Under the pieces are notes generated by a model. It was not told the origin of the DNA. It saw nothing but the letters and a program-made list of their open reading frames with translations, and did not search any database. A stretch of 64,000 bases of DNA from Octopus vulgaris. Taxonomy: Eukaryota. Of this stretch, positions 26,841-39,249 are shown in pieces. The translations under genes were made by a program, and so were the position numbers. The stretch spans positions 51,832,001 through 51,896,000 of the forward strand of contig OX597816.1 in NCBI GenBank assembly GCA_951406725.2, read 5' to 3'. Within the stretch, counting starts at the first letter, position 1. The number at the start of each line of letters is the position of its first letter.

Positions 26841-27395
26841 AGCCCTGATGCAGTACCAGGCAGTGGCTCTCATGGCTTCTGATCTTAACTGATTGGAAGT
26901 GTTATCATGTACATTGTTTTGTCTTGGTATAAAAGATGGGCTACAGCAAATATTCTGCTCAATACCACAGATTTGCTTGTCAGTTGTTTGACCTTAACCA
27001 GTTGAGCATGTCCCTTAGTGGCTGACGATATGTGCATCTCTGATCACGAGCAGAAGTAGTGGGGGAGCATCATGGCCATGTGTTGAGAGGGATTCTTTGG
27101 AGTTTGAATGGTTCACCTCTGGAAACATAGGTGTTTCGTTCAACATCCTAAAGCAACCCTTATTCAGGGACCGTTTGAGCAGGATGGGCTACTCAACCTG
27201 AAGAAAATTCTAACTGGGCCCCACCTGCAAGGTCATGTGCTGTTTATCTTGATATGAGATCACCATGTCGCGCACATATGGTTGTGATGCATGTGCCTGG
27301 TGTACCTTTATCAGACGGGTAGTCATGATGGGTATATTGGGCTTCGTATATTTTACCCCAGTGTCACTTTGATGGCATGAACTGCTCTCTCACTC

Positions 27396-27396
<1 letters not shown>
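26841..27396 (+). mobile_element. ~555-bp non-coding interspersed repeat inserted in (AAT)n
   Basis: Near-identical to 53519-54025; (AAT)n on both sides here. Confidence 0.8.
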
Positions 27397-27432
<36 letters not shown>

Positions 27433-27494
27433 TTAACAACAACAACATCGAAAAATACCTTAGGAATGAGAACACAGGTTCAAAATTTCCGCAA

Positions 27495-27540
27495 GACACC
27501 TGATGAAGACTGGAGGGTATATTAGCCGAAACGTTGTGTT
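27495..27540 (+). ncRNA. Minimal type I hammerhead ribozyme
   Basis: GACAC-CUGAUGA-A-GACUGG-AGGGUAUA-UUAGCC-GAAAC-GUU-GUGUU; stem I GACAC/GUGUU; stem II has one A-C mismatch; loopless ACGU stem III. Confidence 0.7.
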
Positions 27541-27649
27541 AACAACAAACAAGATGAGGACAAATATTCGTCAAATGTAAATAATGTAAATAATGTACAT
27601 AATTCCTCATCTCTTAAATATAGTACTGTATTGTGCCTAGAGGAGAAAA

Positions 27650-27749
<100 letters not shown>

Positions 27750-27761
27750 AATAATAATAAT

Positions 27762-27960
27762 AAGGCGGTGAGCTGGCAGAATCGTTAGCACGCTGGACGA
27801 AATGCTTATCGTCGTTCACCCGTCACTACATTCTGAGTTCAAATTCCGCCGAGGTCGACTTTGCCTTTTATCCTCTCGGGGTCGATAAATTACGTTTGGG
27901 TCAATGTAATCGACTTGTTCCCTTCTCTCAAGTTTTAGGACTTGTGCTTATAGTAGATAT
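27762..27960 (+). mobile_element. SINE family A following (ATT)n
   Basis: AGGCGGTGAGCTGGCAGAATCGTTAGC head and GTCGACTTTGCCTTT core. Confidence 0.85.
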
Positions 27961-29929
27961 AATTATTATATTTACTAGCAGAAAGACAGCACTTCGGGCC
28001 GTATTCTGCCAGTCCCTTGATAATATTTTCACATTCGATTCCCAATTGAAGTAATTTTTATTTTACGTTTAATTAATTCTTTGATTAATAGTACTCACTT
28101 GCTTAGTAAATATTGCTTTCATTATTTTATCACTATCCTAATATTTATTAAACAAACATCACGGTAGTCCAACAACAGAGGGAGAAGCAGTTTGTCAAGT
28201 TTTACCTTCCTCTCAAAGCAACATAGAGATTTCTGTCCATCTGTAAGCCTGGCAGTTGGGTGAAATAAGAAAAATCGCATAAATAAAAGGGTATTACTAC
28301 ACATGTATCCGCTTCCAACATCCAGAAAAATGATACTTCTAAGCAAAAGTTTCTACAAATAATTGTTGTGGCTCCAGGGTTTAAAAGGATTTATAGGAAA
28401 GAATGTTTCCGAGGGGTAAAGAGAGTTTCGGAAGAAAATTCACAGGGTCTAACTTTTTTCCTTCATAACGTTCAGGAAGATGGACATCTTTTAATGAAAA
28501 TTTATACAAATCCCTTTCAAACGGCATAGATTACCACCCTCTCACTCTCTCTTACTTCATTGACATTTAACCGCATTGTTTTATTCCATTTAGCTTTTCA
28601 TTTGCAGTTTTATGACCAAGACTATCATACATTTGTACATTCGCTTTCTCTGAATAATAGCATGTGCCCGAAACATTATTGCTTATTTCAATGATCACAG
28701 CAAGTCGAAACACTAGACTCATCAGTAGAGTTTACACAACTATGTAATTCAACGTATCTTTCCAGTTCCTAATCTTTTTGTGTATTAGAATGATGTTTCC
28801 GTATAAACTCTATCTTTTTATTCTATTGTTAGCATGAGAAAATTAATAATTTTGTGATATATATCAACGATGTGCTACATTTATAAATTGTAAACTATTA
28901 AGGTGCTTCATTTCACAAATAAGCAATTTCAGGTTAAATGGAAACGCAATTATCGTGTAAGCAACCTGTTATAAAGAATTACTGAAAAATATATGTAAAT
29001 GGTTTTCAGAAATATTCAGCAGTCCTTCGTGCACAGAATATGATTTCAAATATATAAAAGGTCAACAAATATGAAAGGCCAAAGGACATTTGTTTTAAGT
29101 TTATTGACTTTATAGCGGCAATTTATCGAGATATATTTACAACTATTCTCTTCTCTTGAATATCATGCTGATTTGGCGTCATATATGCTGTGGTAGTTCA
29201 GTCAAGAAGCAGCTGGACTAAGCTAAAATATTGAGTTAAAACTTAAAACATTTCATATTTGTAACCTTTGACATTTCATCTTTACTAATTTCGAAGCAAG
29301 TTAGCTTCGAAATAATTTAGTTACTGTCAGTATGTTCCTTTTAGTATTACCTTTTATAAGTTCACATTGATTTTCTGAACTATTCCTAGATAGAAGATAC
29401 ACAGTTTTGAATCAATGCAATGGGGTTCTGAGGCTCACATCGATCTCTTTTGAATCATAACAGCGTTGTTGAAGAAAATAAATTGTGTCAGCTGGGAATT
29501 GAAATATGTGCTAGGTGTTGATTAACTAGAACTTTCTCATTAATTATTCCACTAGAAAATCAGTGATTCATTATCAAATTATTTGTCATTGAGGATTAGG
29601 CTTTAGAAGAGAGAAAAACAAAGCCCTGAGACCATGAATGTATTTGCAATGTGGTCATACAGATTGCAAGAAATGACAGCCAAATATCTCTCAATGGAAC
29701 AACCCAACCGCTTCAAAAACATGGTGCAATACACTGAATAATGTAGCGTAAGAGAGAATGCACATGAAAGTATGATGGACTGGTCACATTTGGGCTGTAC
29801 CTGATTATAAATCTGCTCATCCAGGGTAAGATCTGTGTCTAAACAACAATAAAACAACCACAAGCAATAGAAGTGATTTCGCTGTCTCGAAAAACCTTAA
29901 GTCTTGCACTAATATATGAATAGATAGAG

Positions 29930-29991
29930 AGACAGGCAGACAGATAGGCAGGCAGACAGACAGATAAACAGACAGATATGCAGACAGATAT

Positions 29992-30080
<89 letters not shown>
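29930..30080. repeat. (GACA)n/(GATA)n microsatellite
   Basis: Direct reading. Confidence 0.95.
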
Positions 30081-30081
<1 letters not shown>

Positions 30082-30109
30082 TAGTGATCAATTTTGCATT
30101 CAAATTTTT

Positions 30110-30243
30110 GCACAAGGACGGCGATTCTGGGTGTGGAAGTATGCCGATTGCTCCACTGGTACTTATTTTATCGACCCCGAAAGTATAAAAGGCAAAGTTG
30201 ACCTCGGCGGAATTTGAACTCAGAAATTAAAAACGGACGAAAT
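30110..30243 (-). mobile_element. SINE family A fragment
   Basis: CTGGTACTTATTTTATCGACCCCG..AAAGGCAAAGTTGACCTCGGCGGAATTTGAACTCAG. Confidence 0.8.
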
Positions 30244-31442
30244 ATAGAGGATTGACAAAATCATTAGAACGTCAGTCACAGCACTGATTAGGAGTTAATT
30301 GTGGATCTTTATGTTGTGAATTCAAATTTCACCGGGTACAACTTTGCGTTTAATCATTCCGCAAATCGATAAAATAAATTACTGGTTAAAATGTTGGATT
30401 TGATGGTATCGACAAACCACTTTTCTTCAAAATTACTGGTCTTCTAATTAATTTAAAGAAGTTATTATTATCTCACATTGCAACCCTTTCTTATTATAAG
30501 TTATTAAAATGCAACCAAGTTATCAAGCATTTATTATAATTTAAATTTTGTAAGCAGATGAATAGCAACTGGTAATTAATTACGATTCTCGATTTCAATA
30601 ACTTCACAAAAATGCAATGCAGTTCGTAAAGAAAAGGCCTTATTTTCTTTTTACTCATGTGTTTCGCATATTTATTTACAAGTTAAAATGTAATTTTCAT
30701 GCGTTCTGGAAATGTAAGTTAAATAATATTAAGTTGGAGAATTTAGTTATGACATGTGTTCCAATCGTATCACAATGAAAATAATTTCATGGAAGTAAAA
30801 GATGAAATATAGATAAGTTAACTTTCATTATAATTGGTTTAATTTACTCAGCGAATGATTCGTATATTGATTTAAGTAATGATATTAAATAATGATTAGA
30901 AAGATAAAATTTGTAACCTTGTTAGTTATAACCCATCTTAGTTTCCGATTCTGCTATGCTTCTTGCGAACATATTTCATTTTTATGCGATAATAATGTAC
31001 CTCGAAACAGTTCAAAAATTTTATTTTTTCATTACGAACAGAGAATGTTTTAAACGTTCTTCTCCCCAACTGTGATTTTCTTCCGAATTCAATGTGATTA
31101 ATACAATCTTCATACATCGTTTGTGTATAAAATACGAAGTGATTGTCAACAATCAAAATATCAATACAAATTCATTCGTAAAGAGAAACCAGTGAATAGT
31201 GAGACCAAATCTGCAAATTTAACTGACATGATTAACAGAATGGGAAGGATGTCACCTGAATATAATTGGTGCCTTAATTACAAGTTACTAAGAAACGTTT
31301 AATGAGCAATAACCTTAGACGAGACGACTCGGGATATGACATTTGTTCGATTGATTATAAACTTGCATACTCATAAAGTGAAAATGAAGTGTAGCGTAAT
31401 ATGTGTATGTGTATGTATATATAGACATACAGATATGTATGT

Positions 31443-31803
<361 letters not shown>

Positions 31804-33865
31804 TGGGGCTATTCATCACAAAAGTATGTCAATGTGAAATTTTTGATAGTATGGTAAATCGGAGATAACGTGCAAATGTATTTTGCCACTTCGAATAAGT
31901 AACTGAAATGTAGTATTATAACTGAACAAACGTAACATGTCTCAACGAGATTTAGGACACGTGTCGACCTGTATGTAGAAATGTAGATTATCTTAGTTCG
32001 ATTAATAAAGCATTATCTCTGATGGAAGTAAATGATTGCTCATTTCCAAATGCAATTGAAACTTAATTTTACTGACGTTTCTAACGAAATTTAGTGAAGG
32101 AATATTGCCTGAAGTAAAATGTTAAATGGATGTCTCCAAAATTGAGATTTGTGTTTGATCATAGTAATAAGTGGATTGATAAAATGGACGTTTTAATATA
32201 ATAGCTAGCATTACTGAATTAGTTTCCTGGGGAATATTTCTTAGTCTTAAAATAAACGTCAATTCGATTCTGCATATCATTATCACTGAAGCGCAAACTC
32301 TAGTGCTTAGCGAATAGTTTAAATTTTAAAATTCAAAAACATTTCATGCAAAGTAATCTGTTTTAAATGTAATAAATTAGTTAATTCTTCTAAAGTGACA
32401 TCTTATAAAAATACACTGGAGGAGGGGCGGGCATTCAATATATTAAAATACTGTGTTTGTTGTTGTCTAGTCCCAAGTCAACTCTGACCGAATAACCGTA
32501 TGATCAAAGGTATTTTAACCTTAACTGCATTTAAGACATATCTAGGACACTATTATCTAATGTATCCTTTCCACAGTAGGGAGCAATTTAGAAAAATCTA
32601 GCAGCTATTTTTAACGTGAGCAAGCAAAATTGTATAGGTATTTTGTTGGTTCAAATGACCTCCTATAGATTTCTACGTTGAGTGGTACTAGACTTGTTTA
32701 CATAGATGACATAGCTGAAACAGTATGAAAGCCGGGCTAAATTTCTTTGTTTATTTTTGCACATATACGTTTCAAATCGATTGAATATACACAATAGCAT
32801 AACTGGTATGCATTAGTTATGCTTGTATGATAGTCATTTTAAATCCCTGTTGACATTCATAAACAACCGTTACATACCAGTTATACTATTAAATATATAC
32901 AATCTATTATGACCATTATGTAATATAAATTCATTGTGTTTGTCTCATAAAGTAAAAATATTATGCTACTATTTGATATTATATGCGTGCTTGTGTTTTT
33001 GCACGCAATTTATTGTTTCTTTCGTAGATTTCCTGAAATATAATACCAACATGAAAGCTAAGTATACCCCATTTGTATTCATACTCGTGTAAATATTTCG
33101 TGTGCATATTACGAAGATAAAGATTTCTTTTCTGTCTCTGCATAGAATAAAATTATCCATACAAAACAATAACCTTTGAATGATCTAGAATAGGATGATA
33201 ACCCCTGCGTTGAATTATGAATCTGATGTCACTGACCAGGTGAATGATACTGCAGCACGCCATGGCGAACTCGCAAACGGATTCTCTTTGTATAAGAATC
33301 ATGAACAACAAATAATAAGTTACTAAGAAGCACTCCTGTACATTTTTAAGTTTCAGTAACTTCACTAATGCATACAATTTAGCACACACGATGATGCATG
33401 ATTGAGAACATATATAATAACGATTGGTTAATACGTAGCTGACATAAGGCATTGTGTGTAAAGAGTCAATTAATATGAAAATGATGATTAATTTCAATAT
33501 TGATATTAGATATTTGTGTGTTTAAATTGTACTTATTTATCAATATGGTATATCCGATTTTCTACACACTGGAATAATTTTTAGTTTGGTTGTCTTACTG
33601 GATGGTAATATCCTATCTGGGCTCATAATTATTTCATTAAACGTGGGTCTTTGGCAAGAACCATGCAGGTCTGAATTATGATGAGTACTTACTTGACCAT
33701 CACCGAAAGTAGAGATTTTAATTAAACAGAGATAAAATACAATCAATCCTCAAAAAATAGCTTCAAAAATTGAGCCTTCTTTGGAGCTTCAATGGAATTA
33801 CTTTACAAGTGAGAAAGCGCAGAGAAATATCCCTCGGATTACATCTTACTATTACACATTTATTT

Positions 33866-34153
33866 TTTATGCGCCCTTTTCAAGCCTAGCCAGGCCCGGT
33901 TTCTGTGGCGTATGTGTTCCCCCCAGCTGGACGGGACACCAGTCCATCGCAGCGTTAATCAAGAAACAGGAAGAAAGAGTGAGAGAAAGTTGGAGTGAAA
34001 GAGTGCAACATGGATCACCACCACCTCCTGCCGGAGCTTCGTGGAGCTTTAGGTGTTTTCGCTCAATAAACACACACAACGCCGTCTGGAAATCGAAACC
34101 GCGATCCTCCGACCGCGAGTCCGCTGCCCTAACCACTGGGCCATTGCGCTTCC
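33866..34153 (-). mobile_element. tRNA-derived SINE family C
   Basis: Minus: GGAAGCGCAATGGCCCAGTGGTTAGGGCAGCGGACTCGCGGTC (A-box), GGTTTCGATT (B-box-like); homologous to 53221-53515. Confidence 0.85.
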
Positions 34154-36636
34154 ACCATTACAAATACACCTGACGATGTGGTTTCACATAATGCTGGTGA
34201 AAACAAATACTGAGGGACACGACTGGAAAGACATTGATCATGGTTATACTCAGTACTAATAATATGATGCACTGTAATATACTGTGTAAAACAACGCTAC
34301 CTTAAAAACACTCAGGTGTGTGTACGAAAGATCAGATTAATTTTCTTCACTCAACTATAGCATTTACAAATTAGATAATCCAATTATAGTAACAACGTAG
34401 GAAAAACGGTGGTTCACTAAGAAATTAATTACCGCATTCTCATCTTCGTCTAACTAAATACGTATTGATACAGGTATTCGTATGGGTATCAGCGTATGTG
34501 TATATAGATACATAAGTGTGTCTGTGTAATTGTCTGTGTGCGTCAATTATATTTGTTTATATGTGTGCATATGTATGTGTCATTGTGCATATCAGCACGT
34601 GTAAGAAAATACATCCATTATAGTGATTATCTATTCATGAATTCTAAGATATTTGAATGGAAATTGATTGTGACTTTATTTCATGCATTTTCCAAAAATT
34701 TCTTGAATCTAAAAAGTGCCAAAGGAAAATTTTTCATTCTTTAAATAGATGAATGTTCACGTCAAGGGAAGGTCTATATTGACATTGCCTTATTATATTC
34801 AACAAATTTCATCTGATGCCACTCGACTCCTCTAAGTCAACCTTTGATTATGTTGTGTATTAAGTTACAGACATAATTAACATATTGATTTGGCAGCTGT
34901 ATTTTTAACTTTCTTTAAAACTGTGGATAATATTAAAACTTATGCTAATAAAGAGGAACAATATCTCTGGGACCTAAATATAAAAAATACCCTAAATTCC
35001 TATCATGTTCCCAGTTGGAAATCATAACTATTCTTCCCGCGTTTGGCATCTCTTGTGATGAATAAATTAAAGAATACTGCTATATTAAGCGGCTACATTT
35101 ATATTTACTATACTTCGTTTACTGTTACTACAACGTAGAGTCGATGAGTTCAATTCAACTATATATTATGTAGCTAAATGCATTATTTTACTCTGCGACA
35201 ATATTTAATCAGTATCCGGTCCATATATAGTTTCATCAAACAACACCACGAATTTGGGACCCAGACATCAAGGCTACCTTTATGGAGTCATTGAAAACGC
35301 TTAAATATAGCAGTCAAATATTTCTCGTGCATCATCTTCCTCTCTTATCAAAAATGTAGATTGGATAGAGTTGTGGAAATTACGAAAAGAATACTTCCGG
35401 TCAATATATTTGTTCACTCAAAGTTGAATTCATGATCAACAGCCCACTACCAACAACAATAACTTGAGCTTAGAAAATATACAGAAAAGTCATCTCATAA
35501 ATATTTACTCAGTACTTCCTTGTGCTATTTGCACATAAAGTGTAGCTTTTCAATGATAACGAAAAAAGTTCTGCATAGGCCTTAAACGCCACCCATTTGA
35601 AACTAATGACCTGGCTTTGTGGGAGAACACGCCACCCGATTTATCAATACCTTATACACTTTGGATATGCCTGTTAAAAACATTCTCTTTGGAGCTTAAA
35701 TATTGATTTTCAAACGTTCTCTTTGTCCATAACTTGCAACGAACTTCCTTGCTTGAATGAAGCCTGCAAATGTCAAAGGGACTATGCTAGCTCTCCGATT
35801 AAATTAACGAAATGGCATTTTGACTCTTCCTATACCATTACTAATTAAATGGTGTGGTTGATTAAAATCAACTGTTTTGCTCTTATATCTCGGAAGAAAG
35901 TGATCAAAATTACATGGCTTCGAAATGTCATAATTTATAGTGTTGTAGGTGAAGTGAAGTACAATTTGTTATTATCATACTACAAATTTTATCCAATTAG
36001 CTAAATAACTAATATTTAGCGTGTAAAATATTTGTTTTGTTTTAATGGTGAATATGGAGACATATATTCAGAAGAATATCAGATTTATCACTACTATAGA
36101 AATCTGATGCAAAAATAACAAACAACCATAATACAAATTGTCCCAGCCATTGTTCAGTTGTAGAGTTGTACTCCAATATTCTTCTAAATACTGCATGAAC
36201 ACACACGTTCACATAGCTACATATATTTTGCTGTGTGTCTGTATGCACAAATATATATAAAAGAAAAATACACATTTATATAGATATATATACATATATA
36301 TATATATACATATATATGAATGTATGTAAATGTGTGCGTGTGTGTGTGTTTGCGTTTGTATGCGCGTAATGATTTCTTACATACGAACGAGTCACCAAAT
36401 TCCGTGGGACAGAGGCTACCAATCATATCAGTACTAATATTCTTTATTTTATTGGGAATAGATGACTGAAATGAAATGTTGAAATTTTAATTCAGGCAAA
36501 AGGGCTGTCACTAAATAACAGAGGACATTATTTTTCTAATGCTCAGGTGCTTAAACCACATACCGAAAATATTAGAAATAGCAGTCACAGTGTTATCATT
36601 ACTATTACTACAAAAATAAGTCTCCACAAACAACAC

Positions 36637-36686
<50 letters not shown>

Positions 36687-36733
36687 GCATACATATATTG
36701 GTAAATAGACAGATAGTTAGATAGATAGTTAGG

Positions 36734-36794
<61 letters not shown>

Positions 36795-36978
36795 GCATAA
36801 ACAACTCTATATGTAAGGATGTACATACAAATTTATTACTACAACAGTCTTTCTATCCATCAATCAATGAATCAATCAATGAATCAATCAATCAATCAAT
36901 AAATAAATATATATATATATATATAGTGAAATACACACAGAGAAACATATGTATCTACACACTCATATACATTAGTAC

Positions 36979-37010
<32 letters not shown>

Positions 37011-37474
37011 ATTCATATATATATGGTGGGGGTGTATGTATAGATTTGTATATATAAATATATATATATGCATGTACATATATGTAGGTATGTATGAATG
37101 AATGAAACCATACACATCTCAATTCTGCTTATGTGTATATGTGTGTGAAACCCCGTGCAAGTTTCGTGTGATCATTTATATATTTCATTTTATCCATTCC
37201 CTCTGTAAAATTTTGAATGTAGCGTATATGAATAAATCATTCCTCAGGTCACAGACATTGCAATAAATAACATCTGTGTAATCTCCATTCCTATAAAAAT
37301 GGTATATGCACAGCTATCAGTGATCAAACTACTTCTATACATACGTTTTTATACAGAGTTTGATGTTGCTTTCGAACATATCTTTTTCTTTTATTGCGCT
37401 CTCGTTATATTTTAGCAATACTTACTTTTAGGCTTCGAAATTGAATATGGCTTTATATATGTATGTGTATATGT

Positions 37475-37810
<336 letters not shown>

Positions 37811-38170
37811 ACCAGATAGATAGTTAGACATTATATATATGCATAGATAGAGGAAAATATACTCATGTGGTCGTGTGTATACATGTGTTTATGTGTGCAT
37901 TCGTGTTTGTGCGTACTTGTGTGTGTGTGTCTGTGGTTGCGTCTGTGTGTATGTCTGTGAACGGATGTGTCTTTTCATTAATATCATATATTTGGGTATA
38001 TTTGCACGTGGTTACAAATATGATGTTAAATTCGAATGTCTGATAAGTGTATATATGTACGCGTACACACAAGTACACGCACACACATGCATACATACAA
38101 ACACACACGCACACACACATGTATGTGTGTGTGTTTGTATGTGCAAGCGTATGTATAAGCATATATATAC

Positions 38171-38264
38171 TCTCTTTTACCGAACCGCTAAGTGACGGGG
38201 ACGTAAACACACCAGCATCGGTTGTCAAGCCATGCTAGGGGGACAAACACAGACACACACACAT

Positions 38265-38315
<51 letters not shown>

Positions 38316-38478
38316 TACGACAGGCTTCTTTCAGTTTCCGTCTACCAAATCCAATCACAAGGCATTGGTCGGCCCGGGGCTATAGTAGAAGACACTTGCC
38401 CAAGATGCCACGCAGTGGGACTGAACCCGGAACTTTGTGGTTGGTTAACAAGCTACTTACCACACAGCCACTCCTGTG

Positions 38479-38482
<4 letters not shown>
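38171..38482 (-). mobile_element. SINE family B lacking part of the 3' region
   Basis: Colinear with 9340-9616. Confidence 0.88.
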
Positions 38483-38519
<37 letters not shown>

Positions 38520-38614
38520 TTATACGTATGTATGCATATAGGCATGTATGTATGCACTTGCATTTGCTTGAGTGTGTGTATAAGAGGCATATATATATAT
38601 ATATAATATATATG

Positions 38615-38650
<36 letters not shown>

Positions 38651-38715
38651 TGTATATATTTAATCACATATATATGTGTGTATTTACGTATAAATATACA
38701 TATATATGCATGAAG

Positions 38716-38750
<35 letters not shown>

Positions 38751-39150
38751 GATAAATAGATAGATAGATATGTAATATATATATATGTGTGTATATATAT
38801 ATGTGTGTGTGCATATGCATATGTATGTTTGTATGTCTTTATGCTTACGTATGTATAATCGAGAGGGAAGGACTGGCTAACCCTAGACCATTAGAAGCAA
38901 TGTTTTAAATCCATCGTAAAATAATTATATTGCCCTAAGGTCATTCAAAATTCGTGCTCTATTTTCGAGTAGCATTGAAAGTTCTTCCTTCTATGAGTTG
39001 AATGTGGCGCTTGCTAATGAGTGATGATGTACATGAAACAATTGAGGTCAAATGTTCTGTTTCTTATATTCTCTCATAAACTTCAAATTTATTTGATGAT
39101 CACATCTGTAGTGTATATGAATATCATGTTCATGTATACTTCTATATCTG

Positions 39151-39185
<35 letters not shown>

Positions 39186-39249
39186 ATTTGGCTCAAAAGC
39201 AAATAGCAAGGCCATGTAGGGGGACATGGAGTTAAGTACAGGGTGGTGT

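Larger units (their letters stand above)
26682..27628 (+). mobile_element. tRNA-headed hammerhead-tail element, copy 2, with inverted head copy and a nested insertion
   Basis: 26682-26750 is an inverted copy of head 26751-26815; A-box-like GCGTAATGG, B-box GAGTTCGATTC (26792-26802); (AAT)n; body 27443-27628. Confidence 0.75.

Noticed and set aside
28206-28240. 35-nt minus-strand candidate micro-exon (ttacag|...AAG|gtaaaa) or Helitron LYVA-like remnant
   Set aside because: No partner exons or recognisable protein; such signals arise by chance in 64 kb.
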